A stretch of DNA of 63,757 nucleotides, filler included, from Neophaeotheca triangularis (lineage: Eukaryota): assembly GCA_054600435.1 (NCBI GenBank). It is 5 parts of 5 records of this genome, joined end to end, with 100 filler letters (N's around TTAATTAATTAA, not from the genome) between each part and the next. Parts side by side here need not be neighbours in the genome. Positions count along the whole stretch, not along the records: positions 1 to 19,042 come from BAAIJX010000115.1; 4 more parts are not named here. One strand, 5' to 3'. Position numbers and translations under genes: made by a program. The notes below the pieces were generated by a model that was not told the origin of the DNA, did no database searches, and worked only from the letters and a program-made list of their open reading frames with translations. Below are positions 1 to 11,003 of this stretch, piece by piece (position 1 is the stretch's first letter; each line of letters starts with the position of its first letter).

Positions 1-1229
1 AAAATAATTTTATTGTTTGTTGTTAAAATTTTTTGAGAAAACAAATAATGTATGGGCCCCACCTATACCGTTGGTTTTTTTTTTTTTTTCCCCCCCCCCC
101 CCCCCCCCCCCCAAGGCGCTTTCGTGGGGATCACCAAGCAATCTATGGGGTTGAACACGCACGCGACTCCAACATCATCGTCAGAGCCGTTTGTCCGTAC
201 CTCCACCTCCAAGTCTACGGGCAGTCTCATGGGATGACAAAAACTGAAGAAACCTAGCATTCTTTCTTCTCTTACCATGCTTATCGTTACACCGACTCGA
301 CGAGAAGCAAACATAGACCAGGCATCAACCTCAACTGCATCCTTCACAGCAATCATCAACCTTTCTTCTTCTCGCCGAGTCACCGCCCGGTTCGGTCAGT
401 AATTGATCGAAACGATCGTTGAGAGTCTGGGCGTTGATGTTTGCTGGACCCTGAAACACGACTGCGCCGACCTCGGCGCTGGACCTGTGCCTGTACCTGC
501 ATCATTATCGCAGCCACAATCCCGGTTTATAACCGCCAGCCCAATGTTGATGGTCCAATCACAACAGCCCGGCGAAGCAGCACGTAATATCTGCAGTCAC
601 GCTTCGAGATTGCTTTTCTACTTCCGCCTACCTTACTCCCTCGGCTCGCTTGACCTGGCCCGACAAGGTCAAGGTATGTTACTAGGTAGTACAGTAGTAC
701 TACTATATATCCAGCAACTGCCAAGAGTCTGTAAAGAGGCTAGGTTGGCTGAGAATATCAAGAACTAGTTACTACTACTTGCTACACCTGCAATGCAAGA
801 TGCCCAATCTTCGTCTATCGATCGGACCCGGTCCGTTGATTCGGTAAGAATGAAGTGCTATAAGCCTACTAGTGTCACTGATTGGGCTTGTCCACAAGAC
901 TCAATCCATCGTCAAGTTGACGAGCTGCGTGCCTACGTACTCACTCCATTCTTGATGCGTCTGTCGTCTGCTACGTCCCTCCACTGGTCAATAGGACGTA
1001 TAGTAAACATGATAAAGCAACAAAAGCAACAAAAGCAACAAAGCAAGATTCGAGAAACACGAGACCCCATCCGCCTCAAGCCCCCAATCAATCCCCCACC
1101 CACCCGTCCATCCATCCATCCACCTACCTCCCCCCTCCCCTACCGCACAGGCAGCACAAGCGGCGCCTCCTCCCCCGAACAAAACCCCTCCACCCCAGCC
1201 CCCCCAAGCCCAACCCTCCAAACCGCCGT

Positions 1230-1942
1230 ATCCCTCCCCCCCCCGCTTTCAAGATTCGGATTCCGCAAATCCCCCTTCAACACCTCTCAGCACCAAAACC
1301 CACACTTGGTCAACAAACGCCGGCCGGGCGCATTATCCAAAGCCGTCAGCGCCCGCACGAAAGCGATACCGGGAACCGTGCTGGGCGGCGAAAGCCACGA
1401 GGTAAGCGCGTAGGGCTTCGGTCGCGTAGCCGTGGTTTTGGAAATCTGGGAGGGAGGTTAGAGGGGGTTGGTGGACTTTTTTTTTTTTTTTTTTTTTTTT
1501 TCTACGTTGTTTGGGAGGGGAGAGATTGCCTGGGTTCATGCGGTAGCCTAGCTAGCTCGTTGCCCGTGTGGCAACCCAGGATGCCTATCATTCTCGGCGC
1601 GGTCTCGAGGGCGCTGCCGCTGGCGGCGGGCGGGTTACGGAGTTCGATGGCGCAGACGTGGGTGTCGGGCTGGTCGACTTTGGTCTGGAGCCATCTTTCC
1701 GCGTCTGTCGTGTCTTTGGCGGGTTTCTGCGTGCTGTGATTTGCGTGCTTGGTGAGGCTATGCTGGGCTGGGAGGTTTTGGCATTGCCATGGGGCTTGCT
1801 CACGTCCAAGTGGCTACTTCGGGTCGTGAGAGGATTAGAAAAGTGTCTTCTAAGTCTGACATGCGGATCGGTCGTAGACGGAGTCTGCTTGTGATGATTG
1901 GGTCTATTTCTCGCGTGGACGGGGTGTAGAGATGTTATCCAT
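1230..1942 (-). pseudogene. RimJ/RimL-type GNAT N-acetyltransferase, disrupted (pseudogene or low-quality sequence); 3' end approximate
   Basis: Spliced minus-strand translation gives EIDPIITSRLRLRPIRMSDLEDTFLILSRPEVATW, intron 1734-1803, TQKPAKDTTDAERWL...PRMIGILG...ELGYRMNP, a poly-A-containing intron, DFQNHGYATEALRAYL, then VRALTALDNAPGRRLLTKCGF. These are canonical RimL motifs, but frame breaks occur near 1920, 1550 and 1360 and there is a TGA after CGFWC. Confidence 0.75.
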
Positions 1943-2323
1943 GGCGTGTTGGATTTGGTGAGGTTCGAATGCTGTTGCAAGGTCGGTTTGCGGGAACTTT
2001 CCTTGCTTGGATACACGAGAAGGCGATTAGAAAGGACTACACGCGCGCAGGTACTGTTCTAGATGGTTACACACATAACATCATCTTATCGGCATGGCGA
2101 GGCGTGTCTCTGTGACTAACTGAGGGCGTAATTGATGAGCCCATAACAGACATACAAACTCGCACTAACTCTAACCCTGACAAGCGCACTTTTGGTACTT
2201 AAAGGCTCAACGACGAATCATCAAATCTGCGTCATGTACTCGAGCCCTGATACGAAGGTACTAGCTATGCATACTGTCCTCTATTCCCCCATATCCATCA
2301 TTCTAATCGTAAAAGCCATCTCC

Positions 2324-5300
2324 TCACCTCCCTCCACTCAGCCTGGCGAGGAAACGACGAGGTCCCAAAGTCGGAGAGGGTCTTGCGGCCATGTACCCGT
2401 CGTAATTGTCATCAATCGAAGACAAAGGCAGCTCATCCAGAACCTCTGGCTCCGGCTCTGGCTCTGGCTCCGGTTCAGGCTGCGGCTCGACTTCCACACC
2501 CGGCTGCTCCAGCCCGGCAACCCCTCCATCTTCCGCTTCCTCGTCGCCCGCCTCGTCGTCGAGGTCTTTTTGCAGGACATACTCACCGGACAGCGGCTTA
2601 CCCTTCGACTTCAACGGTCTGGCTTCATTGTCCCAAGCCGGCGCCGACTGCGTGGCGGAAAACTCGGCCGCTAACTGGTCCCTAGCAGCTTTGGCCTTTT
2701 CCGGCTCCAGACCATAACATGCCCGGACCTGCTCCTTCCCGTGGAGCTTCTCCATCTTTCTCGCCAGCGTCTTCGCAATCTTCGCACTGGGCGCGGTGGC
2801 CTCGCCATCACCGTACTTCTCGAGACAGTCGTAGAAGGCGCGGCGCCTGAGCGGGCCGGGAAACCTGCTGCCCTTGTTTCTGAGAGAGACGACCGACCAA
2901 AACGTCGACTCCTCAGCATACTGCTTCGTGTCATTGTCCATGGCGCGGTGGACTTCCAGCAAAGCGTCGTAGAAATCACCGCATTGTAAGCTGTTGAATT
3001 TCTTCTCCACGCGGCGCAATTTGTTGGACATTTCGTTCGGCTTCTTGCCAGCGGTAGACAGCTGGTGCATCGACTGAAGGTTGTATCCGTTTGCCTTGTT
3101 CGCGCGACGGTCCTTGAGCTGCTTCCATTTCTCCCGTGCGCGTTTTGTGTCGCGTCTGTGTCCCATTTGCTCGACGATAGCGGTCCAGTTGACGTATTTG
3201 TCGGGGTTGGCAATGGCATCGGCATCATCGGAATCCTTGCGGACCACATCGCAGTAGCGTTCTACGAGCTCTACTAACAGGTCTTCATCTTCGGCCGACC
3301 ATGGTCCGGTCTCTCGTACGTCAGAGTGCTCAATAGTGTTCCACCTACCACGACAGGCTAGCGCGCCTCGGTTCATCATATCGCCAATTTCCACCCAGTT
3401 GCCTGGCATTTCACTATACAAGCGTCGCAGTTCGGCATCATCCTTGTCATTCCACTTGCCACGACTCATTTCTGACGGAAGGTATCTTGTTTGGCAATGC
3501 TTGCGGAGGGATGCCTTGGAGCGGAGTGGCAGAGCTTCGAACATGGCGTTTTTGAAATTGGGGTCCATGTTCTGCCAGTCGATGACTGCGACCTCCAGGT
3601 CTCCACGTGTTGTTCCGGTGTCTTCGAGGTAGTCCACTACTGTTTGTTCAACAACGGCCTTCTCCTCCTTGGTGAACATTCCGCTGCTTTTGAAGCCGGG
3701 ATTGCCTCCCGGAGAAGCTTTGGCAGCTTGTACCTTGGTCGTGCTAGACTTCTTCGACCGCTTCTTCTTGCGCTTCGCATCGGGCTCGGACTCCGCATCA
3801 AACTCGCCTTCGATTCTGTCTACAGATTCTGAGACAGACTCGGGAACATACTCAGGCTCATCGTCATACCCAGACTGAACCTTTTGCGCGTCTCCATTCT
3901 CGTCTGCACCATTCACAGCTAGCTGAGCCCTCTTCCTCTTCCTCTGCTTTCTACGCTTCTTGGATTCCTCTGTTTCTGCCATGTGATCCGATGCATTGCC
4001 TGCCATTTCCATTCCTGGATCAGGCGTTTGCTGGCTTTCAAGCCATTGCTTCACGACCGCATTGAGGTCCTTCTTCGTTCCGTCTTCAGGCGCAGGAGGC
4101 TGTTCTGACTTCGGTGGCGTTGGCATAGATTTGGTTTGCGTATCCTTCGATGGCGGATCGTTCGACCGCGACTCCTTCGATTGCACATCTTTTGACTGCT
4201 CGCCCTTGGGTTTCGTTTTCTTCTTGGGCTTCTTCTTCTTCTCCTTCGGGTCTTTGATCCCCCGGATCCTGTTGTACTCCGCGAGCGCTTCCTCGTAGTT
4301 GACACCCATACGCTCCGCAGCCGCTCGCCGGTCAGCCACCGCCATAGCTCGTCTCTCAGCTACTGTCTTCGGTAGGTTAGGGGATCCTTTTTCTGGAACA
4401 TCGAGGGTAGGGGAGTTTGCAGGTGGTATTCGAGGCGCGGGCACGGTGCGGTTGGGAGATTCATCCTTCGAGGCATGCTCTTCTTCAGAGACTTTGCGAG
4501 ACTGCCTGTCTTCTGGCTCGATCGACTTTTCAGTCTCATGGTGAGCTTGTTTGTCCATTGAGTCGTCCACATCCATTGCATCGGCGTCGTCGTTCTGATC
4601 GTCGTCAATCTCCAGCGCTCCATGCTCCTCCTTTTGCTTTGGCGACTGGAACGATACTTTTCTTCTGCGCTTCTTCGGCTTCCCGCTTGGTACATCTTCA
4701 TGAACCTGCTGAGGCTCTGCGCTTGCAGGCGCGTTCGTGACCGAAACTCCAGGCGAACCAAAGGCCATCTGCCGTCTGCGTTTCTTCGGCCTCTGAGCCT
4801 GAGCCTCACCAGCTTCTTTACCATCTACTTCCACGCCATCCTCTACACGAGTCTCCTCCGCTCCCGCCTGCAGCGGCTGTTCGTTGGCTTCCTGGCTTGG
4901 GAAGATCTGCACCGCTGATGGCCGACCTTTAAACTTTTTGGACATCTTCACCTTTTTGACTTTTTTGGTGTCTTTTTCATCTCCTTCGACCTGGTCTTGT
5001 GTAGCCTGAAGTGGTTTTTTCGGAGACGCGAGGTCTGGCTGACTGTCCGCGACCACGGGTTCCTCGGAAACTGGCATCGCGTCTTCGTTGACCTCAGAAG
5101 CTGCGCTGCGACGCTCTTTTTTCTTGTTTTTCTTCTCCCCCGATTTCGACTTCTTCACCTTCTTCTTCTCTTCTTTCCCCTTCAGTGCCTTTGGAGAGTT
5201 CTCATGGTTAACAAAGCTAGGCCTGATAGGGGAGGGTCCGGTTTTTTTCGGATTCGGTCGAGCTTCAATCTCACTGGCTGTCGAGTCCTGGTCCGGGTCT

Positions 5301-5407
5301 CCGTTGAGTTCTGGGGTTGGTGCTGCTTCTGGTGACATTGCTGTGTCTTGGCTTGGCTGAGCACCCACCGCCGGAGTGGGCGCAATCTGCGACGACTGTT
5401 GGCCCAT
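2324..5407 (-). CDS. Myb/SANT-repeat DNA-binding protein, Reb1/TTF1-like, with long disordered K/E-rich N-terminus
   Basis: 1027-aa intronless ORF with Myb repeats GKWNDKDDAELRRLYSEMPGNWVEIGDMMNRGALACRGRW and GPWSAEDEDLLVELV...VNWTAIVEQMGHRRDTKRAREKW; many basic NLS-like clusters; C-terminal (EP)n tract. Confidence 0.75.
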   Translation of the reverse strand: MGQQSSQIAPTPAVGAQPSQDTAMSPEAAPTPELNGDPDQDSTASEIEARPNPKKTGPSPIRPSFVNHENSPKALKGKEEKKKVKKSKSGEKKNKKKERRSAASEVNEDAMPVSEEPVVADSQPDLASPKKPLQATQDQVEGDEKDTKKVKKVKMSKKFKGRPSAVQIFPSQEANEQPLQAGAEETRVEDGVEVDGKEAGEAQAQRPKKRRRQMAFGSPGVSVTNAPASAEPQQVHEDVPSGKPKKRRRKVSFQSPKQKEEHGALEIDDDQNDDADAMDVDDSMDKQAHHETEKSIEPEDRQSRKVSEEEHASKDESPNRTVPAPRIPPANSPTLDVPEKGSPNLPKTVAERRAMAVADRRAAAERMGVNYEEALAEYNRIRGIKDPKEKKKKPKKKTKPKGEQSKDVQSKESRSNDPPSKDTQTKSMPTPPKSEQPPAPEDGTKKDLNAVVKQWLESQQTPDPGMEMAGNASDHMAETEESKKRRKQRKRKRAQLAVNGADENGDAQKVQSGYDDEPEYVPESVSESVDRIEGEFDAESEPDAKRKKKRSKKSSTTKVQAAKASPGGNPGFKSSGMFTKEEKAVVEQTVVDYLEDTGTTRGDLEVAVIDWQNMDPNFKNAMFEALPLRSKASLRKHCQTRYLPSEMSRGKWNDKDDAELRRLYSEMPGNWVEIGDMMNRGALACRGRWNTIEHSDVRETGPWSAEDEDLLVELVERYCDVVRKDSDDADAIANPDKYVNWTAIVEQMGHRRDTKRAREKWKQLKDRRANKANGYNLQSMHQLSTAGKKPNEMSNKLRRVEKKFNSLQCGDFYDALLEVHRAMDNDTKQYAEESTFWSVVSLRNKGSRFPGPLRRRAFYDCLEKYGDGEATAPSAKIAKTLARKMEKLHGKEQVRACYGLEPEKAKAARDQLAAEFSATQSAPAWDNEARPLKSKGKPLSGEYVLQKDLDDEAGDEEAEDGGVAGLEQPGVEVEPQPEPEPEPEPEPEVLDELPLSSIDDNYDGYMAARPSPTLGPRRFLARLSGGR

Positions 5408-6011
5408 TGTTACGAGTAGAGCTGGACAGAGTCGTAATCAGCAGTTGCTGAAATGCTCATAGCATGGGTCGCGTAAGTGTGAGTGGAGGAAGAGGCCAAG
5501 GAGAGGCTGGCGCAAAGAAACAGCAACGGGTGTGAGCTGTCGCAAAGTGAAAGCCGCGGCTCTCCCCGTGGGGTTGATGATTTGAAGTGAGACGCGTCGT
5601 TCCTGCCTGAGGCTGCAGCGCAAACTTCCACCATTCTGGCCAGCAACATCCGTGCTCACCTCACTCCATCAAGAAGTTGGCAAAGAGCCAAGACACCTCC
5701 TGTACATAATCTACAAGACGGTCAACGGGACCACCAGTACTCTGCCGCTTTCTTTAAGTGTCTTGAGACTTGGACCACCAGCTTAGGATACTGCATACCA
5801 GACATCATCACGGGAAATTGCCCCAGTATCAAAAACCCGCCAACCCCTCATCAGCAGAAAACCGACCAGGAGCGCCAAGTGGGTCCAACCCAAGTCACGG
5901 GAAACCTCGAGCATCACCATAGCCTCGATAGACTGCTTCCTCAGAGCTATAAACAGGACCACCCACCCAGGCCAACCTGGCCTCTCGTCAACCCCTAAAA
6001 CTTCCAGAAAA

Positions 6012-6668
6012 ATGTGGCCCGCCGACCCCAACCGCGCCCCGGAAACCCACGGCGCCGAGCCGGAAGCCCTCCTGAAGTCCCGGGGCAAGCTCACCACAAA
6101 GCAGGAGTACATAGTCTTCTGGCTGTTGACGATACCCTGCTGGGCTCTGGAGATCGCCGCCGCAGTGCTTGGAGGGTTTGACCACACAACCTCGCCCCCG
6201 TTCATCGGCACTGTGACAGCTTTCTTAGTGCTGCATTGGGCGGCTTTCTTGCAGACGGTGTGGATGATGGTGAGGGCACCTAGATGGCGGGGGACGCTGG
6301 ATGAGAGGACCGAGTATCTGTTTTTGGCCAGGAGGTTGCAGCGGTTGATGGTGGTGAGTTTTTTTCCCCTCTGATGGGTTGCAGGTCTTTGTGTATGGAT
6401 GGGTAGGGTCATGAGTTGGCTTACTGACAGTGTGCTACAGATGACCGCCTTCATTGCGCTGCCTACTTTCATCGTGGCATATGTGGAGCGGGACATGAAG
6501 AACGACCTACCTTACTGGTTGCTTTTCATGCTTTTCTTCATCATCGACACTGTCATGAGCGTCATGAACGCTTACAACAACATCACCTGGAGTGCAGACC
6601 GACTTACCGTGGATCTCGGTCACAATCCGTTCAGATTCGGCACCATGGGAGCAATTTTGGGCTTTTGA
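6012..6668 (+). CDS. Small hypothetical multi-pass membrane protein (189 aa, 2 exons)
   Basis: Exons 6012-6353 and 6441-6668 join in frame across a GTGAGT...TACTGAC...CAG intron; about four hydrophobic segments. Confidence 0.7.
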
Positions 6669-6807
6669 GTTGCACTGTCTACTGGCGTTTGGGCACGATC
6701 GAGGACACAGCGAGCGATGTACAGAAAAGATTCACGATTGTAATAATGGGTATTCTAATCAAGCGCTCCGCTATGGCAATGTTCCCTCCAAGTCTCGTCC
6801 TTCGTTC

Positions 6808-9231
6808 TCAGTGGCTGATGTATTGAAACACAGCACTGACGTCTTTCTCCGCCGTCTCCTGCCTCAGTAGCAAGTCCTGAATCTTCCCCAGAGGCCCCGT
6901 GTCCCCGCTGTTGACGAAGTGATTCCAGCTGCTCGTGTCGCCGTACAGCATCGCCGGCGCCTTGATCACCTGCTTACCCTCCTTGCACCGCTTACACTTG
7001 AATGTGTCGTGAGTATCGCTCGTGGTATGCGCCTGATACTCGAACAGCTCCCTCAAGCTGTCGAGCGTAAAGTGTCTTTCGACGTCTTCAGCACTGTCGA
7101 CGACGCAAGAGGAAAGTGCAGACTTATGCGATTGACGCTGGAAGATCTTCTCTTCGATAGAACCGGTGGCGATGAAGCGATACACGAAGCAATCCTTCTT
7201 TTGCCCATCACGCCAGACACGAGCGAGAGCTTGCTGATCTGCGGCAGGGTTCCAGTCCGGATCGAAGAGGACAAGGCGGTTTGCGCCGATAAGATTGAGA
7301 CCACAACCGCCAGCCTTGGAAGAGAGGAGAAAGACGAATTCGCTGCCTTCAGGGTCGTTGAACTTGTCGACGAGCTTTTGGCGCTTATTCACGTTCATGC
7401 TGCCGTCAAGACGAAGGCATCCGTAGTTTCGAGAGCGGCATAACTTGTCGAAGACGTCGAGAGTTTGCGTGTAATTGCTGATCAGAACGATCTTGTCGTT
7501 GGTTTCGGCACGGATGCGAGCGAGCATACGATCTAGTACTTGCATCTTGCCCGAGTACCAAGGCTTCACGTCACGGTCTCTGCCTCTTGCGTCCTTTGGA
7601 ACATAGTCCTCAGGGAAGTACTCTTGACAGCCGGGCAAATCGTCAGGGAGGTTGAGCAAGTCGGGGTGGTTACAGAGCTTCTTCAGCATGCCGATCGCCT
7701 TGAGTGGCTGGCTGCCCTTTCCTCTCAGCAGGCTCTTGATCTCAGGCGACTTGATGAAGTAATTGTAGAGGTCCAGTTGGAAGGGCGCAAGGTTGCAGAA
7801 AACAACATGCTCGTACTTCACTGGCAGATATTTGGAAAGGATGTCGTTAGTGCGGCGAATGATGAACTTGTTGACCAAAGTGAGAAGCTCGGAAAGGCGC
7901 TCTTGACCCTTCGCTGTGTCTGCATCCGATGCGGCAGCATCGCGACCGCGGAGAATCGGGTTTTCGAACTTCTTCCGGAACTCTTGACGGGTTCCAAGGT
8001 AGCCAGGGTTCGCAAAGTTCAAGAGCGAGAAGTATTCCGAAAGATCGTTCTGGATCGGTGTGCCTGACAATATGACACGCTTCTTGACATTCAACCCGCT
8101 CAACGCCTCGAACGTCTGCGATTCGCTGTTCTTGAGCCGATGTCCTTCGTCGCACAACATTAGTCCGATGGGCGCGTTCTTCAGCTCGTCCACGTAGAGT
8201 CTTAGCGTCTCGTAGGAAACGATGAGTACCGGCCGAGTGACAGCTCGACCACTGGCAATCGCCCATTGTCTCATCTGCTGGGTCAGTTCCTCCTTCGAAG
8301 CCTTTCCATCGACAGCAAAAGGCGTGATAGCATCTTTGCCGAGCCATTTGACCAACTCATTGGCCCAATTGCGAACCAAGGAAGAGGGACAAGCGATGAC
8401 GCATTTCTGTATTGTGCCCTTCCCAGCTTCTGATGATTGCTTCAGCAAGGTCCACATGAGTGTGATGCACTGCAAAGTTTTGCCGAGACCCATCTCGTCT
8501 GCCATGATGCAGCCTTCGGCATTGCTGTCCATGAGACCAGTCGTGCAGCGGTACAAGAATTTTACACCCTCGACTTGGTGGGGTCTCAATACCTTTGTCA
8601 GTCTTGGATCAATGACAACAGGCACCTTTGGTCGCTCGCCTTCGACCTTCTTCTTGATACCTAAAATATCCGCCAAACTCTTGTGCATAAGAGGCTCGTC
8701 CACCATGACTTCATTGTCGCCTTTCTCACCATCCTCAATCGTTTTTGGCTCAGGCTTCCCATCTACCGTGGGATCGAAGAGGACAATAGCGAATTCACCG
8801 CTGGGATCGTGCAACGGCTTCGCTATGAAGGTTGCTCCTTGCCGTAGACCGAGCAGAGGGGGAGGCCTCCCAGCATTGTAGGCGGTCACGTCCTTGTCCT
8901 TGAACGGCACGTTGAATCGCGATCTGAAGGCTGTTTCTTTGTCTTTGGGCTTGAAAACGGGGAATCGGTTTATGTCTCTTGTTGCCAGAGCGAGGCGATC
9001 ATCGTTGCAGTACGGCTTATCTTCTTCATTACTGTTGTCAGCACCGCCGTAATCCACCTTGCGCCTCTTCCTCGCTGGCTTGTCCGAAACCCTTGATGGC
9101 GTGTTGGCTCCAGGACATCGGAATGGCTTGAAAAGGCGATCGGCAGTGAGAGGCGTGCCGCCGTGTAGTCGACCACGAGGCTTTGGAGTCGGGGCGGGAG
9201 GAATATTCTCTTTCTCAAGTTCAACCGTCAT
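6808..9231 (-). CDS. RAD54: DNA repair/recombination SNF2-family ATPase Rad54
   Basis: Rad54 N-terminal region (KPLHDPSGEFAIVLFDP, VPVVIDPRL) and helicase motifs ADEMGLGKT, DEGH, SGTPIQN, QQALARVWRDGQKK. First in-frame ATG is at 9231 (MTVELEKEN). Confidence 0.97.
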   Translation of the reverse strand: MTVELEKENIPPAPTPKPRGRLHGGTPLTADRLFKPFRCPGANTPSRVSDKPARKRRKVDYGGADNSNEEDKPYCNDDRLALATRDINRFPVFKPKDKETAFRSRFNVPFKDKDVTAYNAGRPPPLLGLRQGATFIAKPLHDPSGEFAIVLFDPTVDGKPEPKTIEDGEKGDNEVMVDEPLMHKSLADILGIKKKVEGERPKVPVVIDPRLTKVLRPHQVEGVKFLYRCTTGLMDSNAEGCIMADEMGLGKTLQCITLMWTLLKQSSEAGKGTIQKCVIACPSSLVRNWANELVKWLGKDAITPFAVDGKASKEELTQQMRQWAIASGRAVTRPVLIVSYETLRLYVDELKNAPIGLMLCDEGHRLKNSESQTFEALSGLNVKKRVILSGTPIQNDLSEYFSLLNFANPGYLGTRQEFRKKFENPILRGRDAAASDADTAKGQERLSELLTLVNKFIIRRTNDILSKYLPVKYEHVVFCNLAPFQLDLYNYFIKSPEIKSLLRGKGSQPLKAIGMLKKLCNHPDLLNLPDDLPGCQEYFPEDYVPKDARGRDRDVKPWYSGKMQVLDRMLARIRAETNDKIVLISNYTQTLDVFDKLCRSRNYGCLRLDGSMNVNKRQKLVDKFNDPEGSEFVFLLSSKAGGCGLNLIGANRLVLFDPDWNPAADQQALARVWRDGQKKDCFVYRFIATGSIEEKIFQRQSHKSALSSCVVDSAEDVERHFTLDSLRELFEYQAHTTSDTHDTFKCKRCKEGKQVIKAPAMLYGDTSSWNHFVNSGDTGPLGKIQDLLLRQETAEKDVSAVFQYISH

Positions 9232-9384
9232 CGCTCTTCCTGACGTCCAGTGTCGAGCTCGAGATCTATGTCGTCGGTGTGAGGTGAATGTAGCGCTTGT
9301 TGACCTACGAGCTGCACTCGTGTGGCAAGGCGCCTGCCTCAGAAGTCGCGTCTGTATCTTAGTGTGACACGCTAAGGGAACCAA

Positions 9385-9392
9385 GTCACGTG
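9385..9392. promoter_or_regulatory. Cbf1-type E-box (GTCACGTG) about 150 bp upstream of RAD54
   Basis: Exact RTCACGTG match; function inferred from motif only. Confidence 0.35.
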
Positions 9393-9767
9393 CAGATAAG
9401 GTTCTATTCTACAGTCAAACCCTATCTCTCGCTTTTCGTTACTTTCTCCCTCCTGAGCAACAACATCTTTCCATTCACAGCACACGCGGAGAGGAGCTCA
9501 TGCGAGCCTCTAATGGAAAACCTCGTCAGATCCTTGCAACATAATTCGCCGTACGTAGCGTACTTTACATACTGCTGGCTCCGCTGGAGAAGCGAGGCGA
9601 GCCCTGAACGACACCGATGACGAGTGTAACATATCTCATAGAGACAAGATACAGGTTGTACGTAGTTCTGTGCAGGCACCTGAGCAGACTTCACTCGGAA
9701 TTCCCGCCCGTGATGCAGGGTAGAACGAGTTTTGCCTCTCAAGACCCCTTAACCTTCCACAAACGAC

Positions 9768-11003
9768 CTACTCGGCATCCAAGGGACACACTGGCGGCCT
9801 GTCATCGACTTGGATACCGCCTCTCTTCTTGTGCAGACTGTCATGGTATGGAAGCTTCCAGCCACCTTCGCTCTCAGGATGGGCTAGCCATAACCTCATC
9901 AAATGCCTTCTCACCCGAGGACGACCTTCCTCATCTTTTGAACCCGCCGGCCAGTCTTTGTAAGCCGTTCGGGCATGGAAAGTGTGCGTGTTGCTCAATA
10001 ACTGGATGTCGCCCGGCTCGAGAATCATGTGCAAAGCTAGCCTCTTGCAAGTCTCCTCAACAGCCGCAAGTGCGTGTTGCTGTGCCTCAGACATTGGCGG
10101 GATCTTGGCTTCAGGGCCGTGCTGAAAGCGCTTGAGTGAATTAACATTCATCGGATCAAATTTCGCGTATACCCTGGGAGAGCCTGTTGGGTCATGCTCC
10201 AAGTAGAAGATGCTACTCCGGTACCAAGGATCTTCGCCCGCGCTGATCTCGCCTTTGCGGTCAAAGTACCAGTCGGGCGTAGCGAGCGTCCTCGCCGCAT
10301 CTGGGTTCTCCTTTTGCAAAGTGTTCCAAACATGATGGGCGGATACGATATCGGATTCGCCGCCCTCAAGGGACCGCGCAATGCAAAGCAAACCCACCAA
10401 ATCTGCTCCGTCGGTGTGAAAGTACTGGCGAGCGTTCGTCCTGTAAATACGGACCTTATCCGTCTGGGTTGAGTCTTCTCCAAGATCCTTGACATGTCCC
10501 AGGACGTGCCCTTTCCCATTTTGACTAACAAAGTAGCCCAAATAAGTACCTAGACCCATGTATGCGGTAGCTGACTTCTGCAGACCCCAATCACGCACCG
10601 GCAACCCTTTGAACAACAAGAAGCCTTTGCCATTGCTCAGCTCGTTTCTGAGCGTGCCCAAGAACCCCGAAAGCTTGGGCAGCGGGAACAGCTCTTTCGT
10701 GATGCCAGTGAGAGGATGACCGGCCGCTATGAACCTATCGGCCGCTGAGCTGAGTTCTTTGATCTCCTCTTGACTGAAAGGATGAGTCCAGCGCTCGGGG
10801 TTGTCTTTATACTCCGCGGCTTCCCACACGGTAGGGCCAGTGATATCCTTTGGAAAATCTTCATAGGATCGCAGCCTTTCGTAGATGGGATTATGCTGGC
10901 CTGACGTTATCAAGCCATCAGGGAAGAGTGAGCGCTTCGCCTCTGGCGCTGTCCTTAGCTCATGGACTGGCGTGGGAGAGCTCTGTATCGCTGCTGGAGA
11001 CAT
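9768..11003 (-). CDS. TauD/TfdA-family Fe(II)/2-oxoglutarate dioxygenase
   Basis: 411-aa ORF with iron-binding motif FHTDG and distal HARTAY, PGDIQLLSN, and RHLMRLWL. Confidence 0.9.
   Translation of the reverse strand: MSPAAIQSSPTPVHELRTAPEAKRSLFPDGLITSGQHNPIYERLRSYEDFPKDITGPTVWEAAEYKDNPERWTHPFSQEEIKELSSAADRFIAAGHPLTGITKELFPLPKLSGFLGTLRNELSNGKGFLLFKGLPVRDWGLQKSATAYMGLGTYLGYFVSQNGKGHVLGHVKDLGEDSTQTDKVRIYRTNARQYFHTDGADLVGLLCIARSLEGGESDIVSAHHVWNTLQKENPDAARTLATPDWYFDRKGEISAGEDPWYRSSIFYLEHDPTGSPRVYAKFDPMNVNSLKRFQHGPEAKIPPMSEAQQHALAAVEETCKRLALHMILEPGDIQLLSNTHTFHARTAYKDWPAGSKDEEGRPRVRRHLMRLWLAHPESEGGWKLPYHDSLHKKRGGIQVDDRPPVCPLDAE

Noticed and set aside
9232..9384. N-terminal extensions in the ORF track for RAD54, TSR1, RVB1 and the mannose-6-phosphate isomerase
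   Set aside because: They begin at non-ATG codons or read like UTR sequence, and family homology starts at the downstream ATG.
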